A stretch of 64,000 nt of DNA from an uncultured Gammaproteobacteria bacterium (GTDB taxonomy: Bacteria > Patescibacteriota > Microgenomatia > Levybacterales > UBA12049), in contig CAYQEE010000003.1 of the NCBI GenBank assembly GCA_964416445.1, positions 1,946 through 65,945 of the forward strand. The letters are read 5' to 3'. Positions 49,050 through 58,475 of this stretch are shown here, in pieces. Both the position numbers and the translations under genes were made by a program. Within the stretch, counting starts at the first letter, position 1, and the number at the start of each line of letters is the position of its first letter. The notes beneath the pieces are model-generated. The model searched no databases. It was given only the letters and a program-made list of their open reading frames with translations, and was not told the DNA's origin.

Positions 49050-49991
49050 CTAAATAATTTGTTTTTTTACTACTTCAGCAAGAGCTTTTATAAATAATGG
49101 TGAAGTATTGAGTGACTGTGTTCGTATAAAAGATAAACCATGATCTTCAGCTTGTTTTCTTGCTGCAATTTCTACATCATATAGAATTTCAAGATGATCT
49201 GCTAAAAATTGCACAGGAGCAATAACAACGTATCTAAATCCTTCTTGTTTTAATTGCGGCATTATGTCAGCAAAATCTGGTTTTAGCCATTCTTCCGGTG
49301 TATGTCCTGCACTTTGGTAACAAAATTTCCATTGTTCTGCAGGCAGTTTCAGTATTTTCGCTACTTTTGAAGCAGTTTCTTGTAAGCTTATTATATACTC
49401 TGGTTCGTTTTGTACCACTCGCTTAGGCATACTATGTGCAGAAAAGACAATCGGTACTTTTTTTTGGATTTTTTTTGGAAATTGAGATAAGGCTTGCTGT
49501 ACTTTCTGGGCTAATGCCTGAAGGAATAAGGGTTCATCATACCAATTCTCAGCAATAGTAAGGAGGGGTTGTTTTTTTTCTGGTAACTCTGTTACTGCTT
49601 TTTTAAGTGCCAGTTGATAACCCTGCATAATAATAGGTGAATATTGTGGTGACATGATAATACCAATTAGTTGATTACTATCTAACGCAATCTCGGATAA
49701 TACATGAGAAATAAAAGGCTCAGAAAAACGCATTCCCGCACTAACTTGAAAAACAATATTTTCTTTAAATTGTAGACTAAGTTCTTGTTGAAGTGCAGCT
49801 GCCTGTTCCTGAGTTATGTGGACGAGTGGAGATCCACCTATCAGCGAATATCTTCTTTGAAATTCAATAATAGTATCTGGTTTTGCCTCTTTACCGCCAT
49901 AAATATTCCTTAAATATCTTGGAATTTCTTCTAATGATTTTGGAGAACCATAGGTCATTAAAATTACCCCTATTCTCTTTTTTGATTGCAT
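49050..49991 (-). CDS. hemH: Ferrochelatase (coproporphyrin type, CpfC)
   Basis: MTYGSP, RYSLIGGSPL, FSAHSMP, YQSAG...WLKPD and ADHLEILYD motifs. Confidence 0.93.
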   Translation of the reverse strand: MQSKKRIGVILMTYGSPKSLEEIPRYLRNIYGGKEAKPDTIIEFQRRYSLIGGSPLVHITQEQAAALQQELSLQFKENIVFQVSAGMRFSEPFISHVLSEIALDSNQLIGIIMSPQYSPIIMQGYQLALKKAVTELPEKKQPLLTIAENWYDEPLFLQALAQKVQQALSQFPKKIQKKVPIVFSAHSMPKRVVQNEPEYIISLQETASKVAKILKLPAEQWKFCYQSAGHTPEEWLKPDFADIMPQLKQEGFRYVVIAPVQFLADHLEILYDVEIAARKQAEDHGLSFIRTQSLNTSPLFIKALAEVVKKQII

Positions 49992-50086
49992 AATAAAAAC
50001 ATTAAGAGTATATCAAATATTTTTTACTAATTTCGAGCTTTAAGTTTTATATAAACTATAGTAGTATAGCTTCCAGAAGATAAGGC

Positions 50087-51019
50087 ATGCATAAAATGAA
50101 AAAGATAGTAATTGGTACGCGAGGCAGCAAACTTGCTCTTATACAATCCGAAATAATAAAAAATCAACTTCTCGCCATTCAACCATCACTTTTGGTAGAA
50201 ATAATGGTTATCACGACAAAAGGAGATACCAATATGAATCCAATCCCACTGGATAGTATGGGAAAAGACTGGTTTACTAAAGAAATTGATAACAAACTAT
50301 TAAATGATTCGATAGATATTGCCGTACATAGTATTAAAGATATTTCTGAAAACATATCTGATAAGCTTTTTATAGCTGCAGTCTCACAACGTGAAGATGC
50401 CCGAGAAGCATTAATTTCAAATAAAGGTCTTTCTTTTGATCAACTTCCTAAAGGATCAATTATAGGAACAGATAGTTCGAGGCGGAAAGCTCAAATATTA
50501 TATAAAAGACCTGACTTAATAGTTCTTCCTATAAGAGGCAATATTCCTACAAGAATTGCAAAACTAGAATCTCAGCATTACGACGCTTTAGTTTTGGCAG
50601 TAGCAGGGTTAAAACGATTGGGAATTGACGATAAAATTACACAATATTTTCCTATTACTGAAATTATCCCCTCTCCTGGCCAAGGAGCACTTGGAATTAT
50701 GATGAAAAAAAATAATACTAAACTATTATCATTAATAAGAAAATTAAATCATAAATCGAGTGAATTATGCATAGAAGCTGAACGGGCTTGTGCTCAAGAA
50801 ATGGGTGGAGGGTGTAAGATGCCTGTTGGGGTGTATGCTGAGCTAAAAGAAAATACATTACATTTGTTAGGAGTAGTGGGTTCATTGGATGGAAAACATA
50901 TTGTAACTGCTACCGTGAATGGTGAATTTTCAAAACCTGCTATTGTAGGTAAACTTTTAGCACAACAGCTTTTGAAATTGAGCGTAAGTTGGTACCAAAA
51001 ATCTGGAGAATTATTATGA
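50087..51019 (+). CDS. hemC: Hydroxymethylbilane synthase
   Basis: GTRGSKLA, FTKEI, AVHSIKD, IRGNIPTR and GGGCKMPVG motifs. Confidence 0.96.
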   Translation: MHKMKKIVIGTRGSKLALIQSEIIKNQLLAIQPSLLVEIMVITTKGDTNMNPIPLDSMGKDWFTKEIDNKLLNDSIDIAVHSIKDISENISDKLFIAAVSQREDAREALISNKGLSFDQLPKGSIIGTDSSRRKAQILYKRPDLIVLPIRGNIPTRIAKLESQHYDALVLAVAGLKRLGIDDKITQYFPITEIIPSPGQGALGIMMKKNNTKLLSLIRKLNHKSSELCIEAERACAQEMGGGCKMPVGVYAELKENTLHLLGVVGSLDGKHIVTATVNGEFSKPAIVGKLLAQQLLKLSVSWYQKSGELL

Positions 51020-51792
51020 TTTATGTACGAACAGGGCAATATATTGTTAAGACGAACGAACGATCTGAAATGAAAGGATTGCAAACGAAACTTTCATCAT
51101 TAGGACTGCACGTTTTCAGTTATCCTTGTATTTCGATTAGACAAAATTTAACGAAAGAATCCTTTTGGAATTGTTTAGGTGATATACGAACCTATGATAT
51201 TATTATTTTTACGAGCAAGAATAGTGTACGCTACCTATTTAAATATTTAGCCACAAGAAATGTTTCGCCAGAATCTCTAGAAAAAAAGACTATTTTTACC
51301 ATTGGCCTTGAAACAGCTCAAATCTTGCAACGGTTCAAACTTAATGTTACTCTTATTCCTCAAAAATTTACTTTTACTAATCTTCTTGACGAATTACCTA
51401 CAATTGAGGGAAAGAAAATATTGCTACCATTATCAACCCGTGCGGATTTTAGTAAAAAGGATTTACTTCAAAAAAAGGGTGCCCAAGTTACGGTAATTCC
51501 TCTTTATAAAACGGAACTGGTGTCCAAAAAGTCAGAACTATTCGAAAAACTAGTTGAAAATAATAGTATTTGTTGTGTAATATTTACAAGTCCATCAACA
51601 ATAGATGGTTTTATAAAACGTACTAAATCTGCAAATCTATTGAAAAAAATAAAGAAAATACCTATTTTTTGTATAGGACCGGTTACGGCAAAAGTTGCAA
51701 AACTATATAATTTTTCCCATATTTATCTTTCAGAGGTGCATACCTTTAATGGTATAATCAATACTATAAAGAATAACATTAAAATTATATGA
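51016..51792 (+). CDS. hemD: Uroporphyrinogen-III synthase
   Basis: IIFTSKNSV, IGLETA, LYKT, FTSPST and CIGPVTA motifs; coupled to hemC. Confidence 0.9.
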   Translation: MIYVRTGQYIVKTNERSEMKGLQTKLSSLGLHVFSYPCISIRQNLTKESFWNCLGDIRTYDIIIFTSKNSVRYLFKYLATRNVSPESLEKKTIFTIGLETAQILQRFKLNVTLIPQKFTFTNLLDELPTIEGKKILLPLSTRADFSKKDLLQKKGAQVTVIPLYKTELVSKKSELFEKLVENNSICCVIFTSPSTIDGFIKRTKSANLLKKIKKIPIFCIGPVTAKVAKLYNFSHIYLSEVHTFNGIINTIKNNIKII

Positions 51793-52442
51793 AATATCAC
51801 AATTATATTTTTATGCAAACTAGTGCTTCTTTTTTAGAGCTTTCTCCTCTGCAACGTAAAAAATTGAGAAAAGTTTTAAAAGAACAATTAGACCAAGATA
51901 GTAACGTAGTTATTAACACTTTTGCGACATTAGGATTAAAGAAAGATACCCAATGCTTATTGTGGATACAATCGGAGAAAATTGAAAACATTCAAGATTT
52001 TTTAAATACTATGCTACATTCTTCATTAGGTAGATATGTAACTATTTCTTATACATTATTTGGAATTGTTCATTCATCTCAATATGCTTCACAATCCAGT
52101 GCTCAAAATGAAACAAATTGGAAAGGTGCAAAGTATTTAATCATATATCCATTTACAAAAACGCACGAATGGTACCAATTAGATTTCGCAACAAGAAAGG
52201 AATTAATGCGGGGACATATAACCATTGGTAAGAAATTTCCTCAAATTTCCCAGCTCCTTCTCTATTCCTATGGTGTGGATGATCAGGAGTTTATTGTTTC
52301 TTATGAGACAGAAGATCTCACTGATTTTCAGAGATTAGTAATTGCTCTCCGTGCAGATAAAGTACGAGAGTATACTAAAAATGATACACCAATTTTTACT
52401 TGTATACATAAATCTTTAGATGAATTTGTTACGTTTTTATGA
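51789..52442 (+). CDS. hemQ: Coproheme decarboxylase (chlorite dismutase superfamily, ChdC/HemQ)
   Basis: YPFTKTHEWY..RKELMRGH, SYGVDDQEF and DTPIF motifs; located inside the hem operon. Confidence 0.85.
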   Translation: MKYHNYIFMQTSASFLELSPLQRKKLRKVLKEQLDQDSNVVINTFATLGLKKDTQCLLWIQSEKIENIQDFLNTMLHSSLGRYVTISYTLFGIVHSSQYASQSSAQNETNWKGAKYLIIYPFTKTHEWYQLDFATRKELMRGHITIGKKFPQISQLLLYSYGVDDQEFIVSYETEDLTDFQRLVIALRADKVREYTKNDTPIFTCIHKSLDEFVTFL

Positions 52443-53461
52443 ATAAAACCTTTATTGAGGCTTGTTTTGGAAATAAAACATTATATACACCAGTTTGGTA
52501 TATGCGACAGGCTGGTAGATACTTACCAGAGTATAGGAAATTAAAAGAAAAGTATAAAATATTAGAAATATGCCAAACACCTGAACTCGCTGTGAAAGTG
52601 GCTTTACAACCAGTTGATATTCTTCATGTTGATGCAGCAATTTTGTTTGCGGATATTATGATTCCTCTTCTAGGAATAGACGTTAGATTAGATATAGTAG
52701 AATCAATTGGGCCAGTGATTCAGGATCCAATTCAATCTCTTTCAGATGTCAAACAGCTTCGAGACCTTCATCCCAAAGAGGACATTCCCTATTTACTCGA
52801 AACAATTAAAATTCTTCGTAACGAGTTAAAAAATAAAGTACCATTAATTGGATTTTCAGCTGCTCCGTTTACCTTAGCAAGTTATCTTATTGAAGGAAAA
52901 CCTACCAGAGACTTTATAAGAACAAAATCATTTATGTATAACAATAGTAAAGCGTGGCATTTGTTAATGAAGAAACTGAGTGAGATGATTATTGTCTATT
53001 TAAATGCTCAGATAGACGCTGGCGCTCAGGCATTACAGTTATTTGATAGTTGGGTAGGATGTTTAAGCGAGAGCGATTATAGTGAATATGTACTTCCCTA
53101 CTCAGCCGAAATATTTGCAAAGGTTTATCAACCGCATATTCCACTAATTCATTTTGGAACAAATACCTACGGCTTACTAAAACAGTTTTCTTCAGTTCAA
53201 TGTCATGTCATTAGTATTGATTGGAGAATTTCGATTGCTAAAGCATGGAAAGAGATTGCTTATAAAAAGGCGGTACAAGGGAATTTAGATCCAGTACTCT
53301 TGTTAAGCGACTTTAGTTTAATAAAAAAGCGAGTAGATGCACTTTATGTAGATTTACCAAGAAAGGATGGATATATTTTTAATTTAGGACATGGTGTTCT
53401 ACCGACTACTCCTGTTGAAAATATGATTAGACTTACTGAGTATATACATGAACATAGATAA
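52439..53461 (+). CDS. hemE: Uroporphyrinogen decarboxylase
   Basis: PVWYMRQAGRYLPEY, DAAILFADI, APFTLASY, QGNLDP and FNLGHG motifs. Confidence 0.97.
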   Translation: MNKTFIEACFGNKTLYTPVWYMRQAGRYLPEYRKLKEKYKILEICQTPELAVKVALQPVDILHVDAAILFADIMIPLLGIDVRLDIVESIGPVIQDPIQSLSDVKQLRDLHPKEDIPYLLETIKILRNELKNKVPLIGFSAAPFTLASYLIEGKPTRDFIRTKSFMYNNSKAWHLLMKKLSEMIIVYLNAQIDAGAQALQLFDSWVGCLSESDYSEYVLPYSAEIFAKVYQPHIPLIHFGTNTYGLLKQFSSVQCHVISIDWRISIAKAWKEIAYKKAVQGNLDPVLLLSDFSLIKKRVDALYVDLPRKDGYIFNLGHGVLPTTPVENMIRLTEYIHEHR

Positions 53462-53529
53462 TGTTGAGGAAGTTTTTCTAAAGAGAATGGATAATTTTTT
53501 TGACTAGTCTCTTGAATTAATAGAGTATA

Positions 53530-53937
53530 ATGAATAAAGACATGAAATATAACGCACTTACATCTCAGGAAGAAAATGTCATTTTACATAAAGCAACAGA
53601 AGCTCCTTTTACTGGAGAGTATGATGATTTTTATCAACAAGGGACATATATTTGCCGTCGATGTAATGCTCCTTTGTTTTCATCAGAGAGTAAATTTGAC
53701 GCTGGGTGTGGATGGCCTGCATTTGATAAAAGTTACCCAAACGCAATTACTCGTTTGCCCGATCCCGACGGCATGAGAACTGAGGTTCAGTGTACAAATT
53801 GTGGAGGTCATCTTGGACATGAATTTGTTGGAGAGGGTTTAACTGCTACAAATACTCGCGAATGTATTAATTCACTTTCCATTAAATTCATATCCAAAAA
53901 TAAAGAAGTGCCAAAAGTCATTCACAATGAAAAATAA
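53530..53937 (+). CDS. msrB: Methionine-R-sulfoxide reductase
   Basis: ATEAPF, CRRC, KFDAGCGWPAF, HLGH and CINS motifs. Confidence 0.95.
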   Translation: MNKDMKYNALTSQEENVILHKATEAPFTGEYDDFYQQGTYICRRCNAPLFSSESKFDAGCGWPAFDKSYPNAITRLPDPDGMRTEVQCTNCGGHLGHEFVGEGLTATNTRECINSLSIKFISKNKEVPKVIHNEK

Positions 53938-54478
53938 TGAGGTAGCTACATTAGCAAATGGTTGTTTTTGGTGTACAGAAGCAATTTTTAAAAGACTGAA
54001 GGGGATAATTTCAGTTGAATCTGGTTTTTCAGGAGGTCATACAGAGAATCCTACTTGGGAGCAAGTTTCTACAGGGACAACGGGACATGCTGAATCAGTT
54101 CAAATTGAATACGATCCTTCACAAATTTCGTTTGAAAAAATATTAGAAGTTTTTTGGCATACTCATAATCCTACGACGCTCAATCAGCAAGGTAATGATA
54201 GAGGAACAGAATATCGATCAGCCATTTTTTATCACAACGAAAAGCAAAAAGAAATAGCAGAAACGTTGAAAGCGGAACTTGAAAAAGAGCATGTCTTCAA
54301 AGAACCAATTGTAACTGAAATCACTCCATTCACAAATTTCTATCCAGCTGGAGCCTATCATAAAAATTTTTATGAAAGTGGCAAACGACCAGATTATTGT
54401 TATTACGTCATTAATCCAAAAATTCAGAAATTATTGAAAGAATATGGAAATGATGTAAAAGAAGAGTATAAAAAATAA
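53927..54478 (+). CDS. msrA: Methionine-S-sulfoxide reductase
   Basis: GCFWC, TGHAE, NQQGND.G..YRS and YH motifs. Confidence 0.96.
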   Translation: MKNNEVATLANGCFWCTEAIFKRLKGIISVESGFSGGHTENPTWEQVSTGTTGHAESVQIEYDPSQISFEKILEVFWHTHNPTTLNQQGNDRGTEYRSAIFYHNEKQKEIAETLKAELEKEHVFKEPIVTEITPFTNFYPAGAYHKNFYESGKRPDYCYYVINPKIQKLLKEYGNDVKEEYKK

Positions 54479-54488
54479 TTTCAACGAT

Positions 54489-55847
54489 TTAGTTAATAAT
54501 TGCATGACTTTTCGTTTGAGCTTTTATTGAATGATGTGTTATTCCTCTCGTTTTCAATCGAATTGTTTTAATTTTTCTCTTTCTAACTTCAATGACTTCG
54601 AGTGAAATTGAATCTACGGTGATTTTATCTCCCTTTTTAGGTTTTTTTCTAATTTTTGCAAGAACAAGTCCTCCAACTGTATTGAAATTTTCATTTTCTA
54701 GCTTTATTTTAAATTTATTCCTGATTCTATCTAACGAAGTATGTGATTGAATAAGATATGTACCCGGAGATTCTTTTTGAATTTCTTTAATATGATCATC
54801 AAATTCATCTTGGATATCTCCGGTCACAGCTTCTAATACATCTTCAAGGCTGACAATACCACACGTTTCACTATATTCATTATGAACAACAGCAATATGT
54901 ATCCATTGTTTCCTCATAAGATAAAGTAGTTCATCAATTTTTATGTTTTCTGGAATGCTTATAATTTTCCTAACAAGATTAGTTTCTCGTAATTTTGTTT
55001 TTTGGTTACTTGTAAGAAGACTTCGATAAAAATCCTTAATATGAATAAATCCAATAATATTATCTACGGAGTACCGATAGACGGGAAATCGACTATGGAG
55101 ATTTTTCTCAATTCGTTTTGCAATATCAGCTAATGTTGTGTTAATATTAAAACCAATAATTTCCGTTCTTGGTACCATAATGTCTTTTACTGAAGAGTCA
55201 CCCATTTTAAATATGTTATAAACCATCTCAATTTCGTGCTTTTTAAAAATACCCTTTTGACTGCTATGTTCAAGAATCATTTTTATTTCCTCTTCAGAAT
55301 GAGTTAACTCTTGTTTGGTAAAATTAGATAGGCCGAATGAACGTAATACGAAATTACAAACTACATTAAGAAGCCAAATGAAGGGATTAAATATATTAAC
55401 GAATATTGTTAGATATGGAATAACGTCGAGTAAGGTACTTTCTGTATTTTGTAAGGCAATTGCCTTGGGAACAGATTCTCCTAGAATAATCTGTAATGTA
55501 GTAATAAAAATAAAAGCTAAAGCTACAGAAAAAACTTGGGCAGTATACAGAGAGATTCCTTGTGGCAAAAAAGAAACAAACAGAGGAAATAGTAGTGAAG
55601 CTATTACTGGGGCACCGATCCATCCAATTGCAATATTTGCTAGAGTTACCCCCCATTGTATTGCAGAAAGGTAGGTGTTGAGTTGATTCATTGCTTTTTG
55701 GGCATAGAAAGCTTTCCTATTACCTTTTTTTACAAGTTCATCGATGCGTGTTTTACGCATGCTCACAAGAGAATATTCAGCAGCTACAAAAAATCCGTTT
55801 ATAACGACCAGAAATAAAACAAATACTAATTGTGTAAAAGTAAGCAT
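54489..55847 (-). CDS. Hemolysin/CNNM-CBS-CorC family protein
   Basis: NGFFVAAE, GESVPK, MVPRT, HSRFPV, SLEDVLE and DEFD motifs. Confidence 0.92.
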   Translation of the reverse strand: MLTFTQLVFVLFLVVINGFFVAAEYSLVSMRKTRIDELVKKGNRKAFYAQKAMNQLNTYLSAIQWGVTLANIAIGWIGAPVIASLLFPLFVSFLPQGISLYTAQVFSVALAFIFITTLQIILGESVPKAIALQNTESTLLDVIPYLTIFVNIFNPFIWLLNVVCNFVLRSFGLSNFTKQELTHSEEEIKMILEHSSQKGIFKKHEIEMVYNIFKMGDSSVKDIMVPRTEIIGFNINTTLADIAKRIEKNLHSRFPVYRYSVDNIIGFIHIKDFYRSLLTSNQKTKLRETNLVRKIISIPENIKIDELLYLMRKQWIHIAVVHNEYSETCGIVSLEDVLEAVTGDIQDEFDDHIKEIQKESPGTYLIQSHTSLDRIRNKFKIKLENENFNTVGGLVLAKIRKKPKKGDKITVDSISLEVIEVRKRKIKTIRLKTRGITHHSIKAQTKSHAIIN

Positions 55848-55954
55848 GTTTTTTTACTATATCAGAATTAATATGAAAGGTTTGTTATAAATATGTAAAT
55901 TTGCGTATTGTATATCAAGTTATTTCTACAAGTACTGGTAAATATGTAATAGTA

Positions 55955-57415
55955 TTATGCAATTACATAATGCGATCCTAAACTTTTTTGTCGAGAATGT
56001 GCTGATTTTGCAATCAGAAAGGAAATGAGAACCATGTTAACTAATTCTCCCTGCTCTCTTGTTACATAAGGTACTTGTCGGAGTCTATTGAGTACAAAGG
56101 TAAGTTTTTCTATAACTTGTGCGAGATCACTTCTAGTACGTTCAATACCAACATTATTCCACATAAGTTCCTGAAGAACTTTTCGAGTAAAATTTTTATT
56201 TTCGTTAATAGTAAAAAATTGAAGGTTACTCGGTAGAGAAGGAATTTCTTGTGGAAGCTCTGAAATGCAATAAGCAATTTGACCTGAGAAGACAAATCCT
56301 TCAAGTAAAGAATTTGAGGCTAAACGATTAGCCCCATGGATTCCTGTTGCTGCAACTTCACCGTAGGCGAAGAGATTTTGAACAGAAGTTCTTCCATAGA
56401 GATCAGTTGCTATTCCACCGCAAATAAAATGAGCTGCAGGAGTAATTGGTATGAGGTTCGTTGTCAAATCATATCCTCGCTTAAGTAATTCACGATATAT
56501 ATTGGGAAATCGATTTCTAACGAAAGATTTGGGTTTATGTCGAAGATCTAAAAAAACTTTTCCCGTTCGTTGTTTATGAAAGACTGCTCGAGATACTATA
56601 TCTCTTGGTGCAAGATCACCGGAGGGATGAAAATCTTTCATAAATGCTTTTCCAGTACTATCTTTCAAAGTAGCTCCTTCTCCACGTAATGCCTCTGATA
56701 GTAAAAATAACGGTGAAGAAGAATCTTGTAAAGCCGTAGGATGGAATTGAATAAATTCGAGATCAGTTAGTTTTGCTTTGACTCTTGCTGCCATAGCAAT
56801 TCCATCTCCTGTTGCTACTTTGGGATTTGTGGTCCATGTGTATACTTGTCCTACTCCTCCAGTACATAGCATGGTTCCTCTTGCAGCAACTTTGATAATT
56901 TCATTATCCCTTAAAATGAAAGCACCAAAACATGCATTATCTTTTACATATAAATCTATTGTGAATGCATTTTCCCAAATCTCAACGTTTTTAGTTTGTA
57001 ATAAAGAATTTACTAGTTTTTCCTCTATTTCCTGACCGGTAAAATCAGATGCATGAAATATTCTAGGATATGAATGTGCTGCTTCATATGAAGTAGCAAA
57101 ATTGCCATTCTCTTTTTTATCAAAATTGACCCCATATTTTTGTAATTCTAAAATAGCTTTTTTCCCATTTCTAACTAAAAATGTAACGGACTCTTTTTTA
57201 TTATGATACTTTCCTGCTTCTAATGTATCCTGAATATGAGAATGAATAGAATCGTTTTTACCGAATACAGCTGCAATTCCTCCTTGAGCATAGGAAGTTG
57301 CAGAATCTGTTAACGATTGTTTTGTTACTAATAATACTTTTCCGAATTGAGCAAGCGTTAATGCACAGTGCAGGCCTGCAATTCCAGAACCAATAACGAG
57401 AAAATCTGTTTTCAT
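55955..57415 (-). CDS. nadB: L-aspartate oxidase
   Basis: GSGIAGL, AQGGIAA, EAAHS, QFHPT, LSEALRGEG and HGANRLASNSLLE motifs. Confidence 0.96.
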   Translation of the reverse strand: MKTDFLVIGSGIAGLHCALTLAQFGKVLLVTKQSLTDSATSYAQGGIAAVFGKNDSIHSHIQDTLEAGKYHNKKESVTFLVRNGKKAILELQKYGVNFDKKENGNFATSYEAAHSYPRIFHASDFTGQEIEEKLVNSLLQTKNVEIWENAFTIDLYVKDNACFGAFILRDNEIIKVAARGTMLCTGGVGQVYTWTTNPKVATGDGIAMAARVKAKLTDLEFIQFHPTALQDSSSPLFLLSEALRGEGATLKDSTGKAFMKDFHPSGDLAPRDIVSRAVFHKQRTGKVFLDLRHKPKSFVRNRFPNIYRELLKRGYDLTTNLIPITPAAHFICGGIATDLYGRTSVQNLFAYGEVAATGIHGANRLASNSLLEGFVFSGQIAYCISELPQEIPSLPSNLQFFTINENKNFTRKVLQELMWNNVGIERTRSDLAQVIEKLTFVLNRLRQVPYVTREQGELVNMVLISFLIAKSAHSRQKSLGSHYVIA

Positions 57416-57443
57416 AGAGATAATTAATGTCTTGTAATAAATT

Positions 57444-57460
57444 AGTGTATATTATACACT
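57444..57460. promoter_or_regulatory. Palindromic operator, NrtR-type (GT-N7-AC)
   Basis: AGTGTATA-T-TATACACT perfect inverted repeat between divergent nadB and nadA. Confidence 0.7.
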
Positions 57461-57484
57461 TAGATCATGCAATGAGGAGGTCTT

Positions 57485-58474
57485 ATGATACAACATAATA
57501 ATGTAAGCCCATCATTTTACGGCGAAAAAGAGGAAAATTTAGATACCATCAATAAAATTAAAGCATGGAAAAAAAAGAGGAATGCATTAATAATTGCACA
57601 TAATTATCAAATTCCTGATATTCAAGATATTGCAGATTTTGTGGGAGATTCTCTCGGACTTTCTCAAAAAGCTGCTGCAGCATCTGAAGAACTTATTATC
57701 TATTGTGGAGTACATTTTATGGCAGAAAGTGCTGCAATCTTTTCACCCGATAAAACAGTATTAATCCCTGATTTGAAAGCTGGATGTAGTTTAGCAGATT
57801 CGATAGATGCTGAAGAATTGCGAAAATGGAAAAGACGATATCCAAATGCCGTAGTTGTAAGTTATGTAAATACAACAGCAGAAGTTAAGGCAGAAAGTGA
57901 TTTTTGTTGCACTTCATCAAATGCTGTACGTGTCGTACAGTCAATTCCTGAAGATAAAGAAATTATCTTTGTGCCGGATATGTTTTTAGGTGATTATGTT
58001 GCACGTAAAACAGGCAGGAAAATATATGTTTATCCTGGTGAATGTCATGTGCATGCAAGGGCAAGCTCAAAAGATATCATAGCAAAATTAGGAAGACACC
58101 CTGCTGCAGAATTTTTAATTCACCCTGAATGCGGATGTGTATCTGAATGTATGCATTACGTAGCTACGAAAGAAATTCCCGAAGAGAAAACTCATATTCT
58201 TTCAACAGGAGGTATGCTTAATCACGTTAAAAAATCTGTTACGAATGAATATGTAGTTGCTACTGAAACAGGTATTATTCATCAATTACAAAAACAGAAT
58301 CCCCAAAAAAAATTCTTTCCTTTACGAGAAGATATGGTATGCAAGTATATGAAAATGATTACACTTGATAAGTTACTGAATAGTTTAATCAATCTTGAGT
58401 TTGAGGTAAAAGTTTCAAAAGAAATTGCATCGAAAGCACGAACTCCTATTGAACGAATGCTTGCACTTGGTTAA
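57485..58474 (+). CDS. nadA: Quinolinate synthase
   Basis: AHNYQ, GDSLGL, CGVHFMAE, AGCSLA, YVNT, CTSSNA and HPEC motifs. Confidence 0.97.
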   Translation: MIQHNNVSPSFYGEKEENLDTINKIKAWKKKRNALIIAHNYQIPDIQDIADFVGDSLGLSQKAAAASEELIIYCGVHFMAESAAIFSPDKTVLIPDLKAGCSLADSIDAEELRKWKRRYPNAVVVSYVNTTAEVKAESDFCCTSSNAVRVVQSIPEDKEIIFVPDMFLGDYVARKTGRKIYVYPGECHVHARASSKDIIAKLGRHPAAEFLIHPECGCVSECMHYVATKEIPEEKTHILSTGGMLNHVKKSVTNEYVVATETGIIHQLQKQNPQKKFFPLREDMVCKYMKMITLDKLLNSLINLEFEVKVSKEIASKARTPIERMLALG

Positions 58475-58475
58475 T

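Noticed and set aside
51789-52442. Chlorite dismutase for (per)chlorate respiration
   Set aside because: Embedded in the hem operon, no signal peptide and no evident catalytic distal Arg; coproheme decarboxylase fits better
54489-55847. Hemolysin toxin
   Set aside because: CNNM-CBS-CorC architecture indicates a Mg/Co homeostasis protein; the family name is historical
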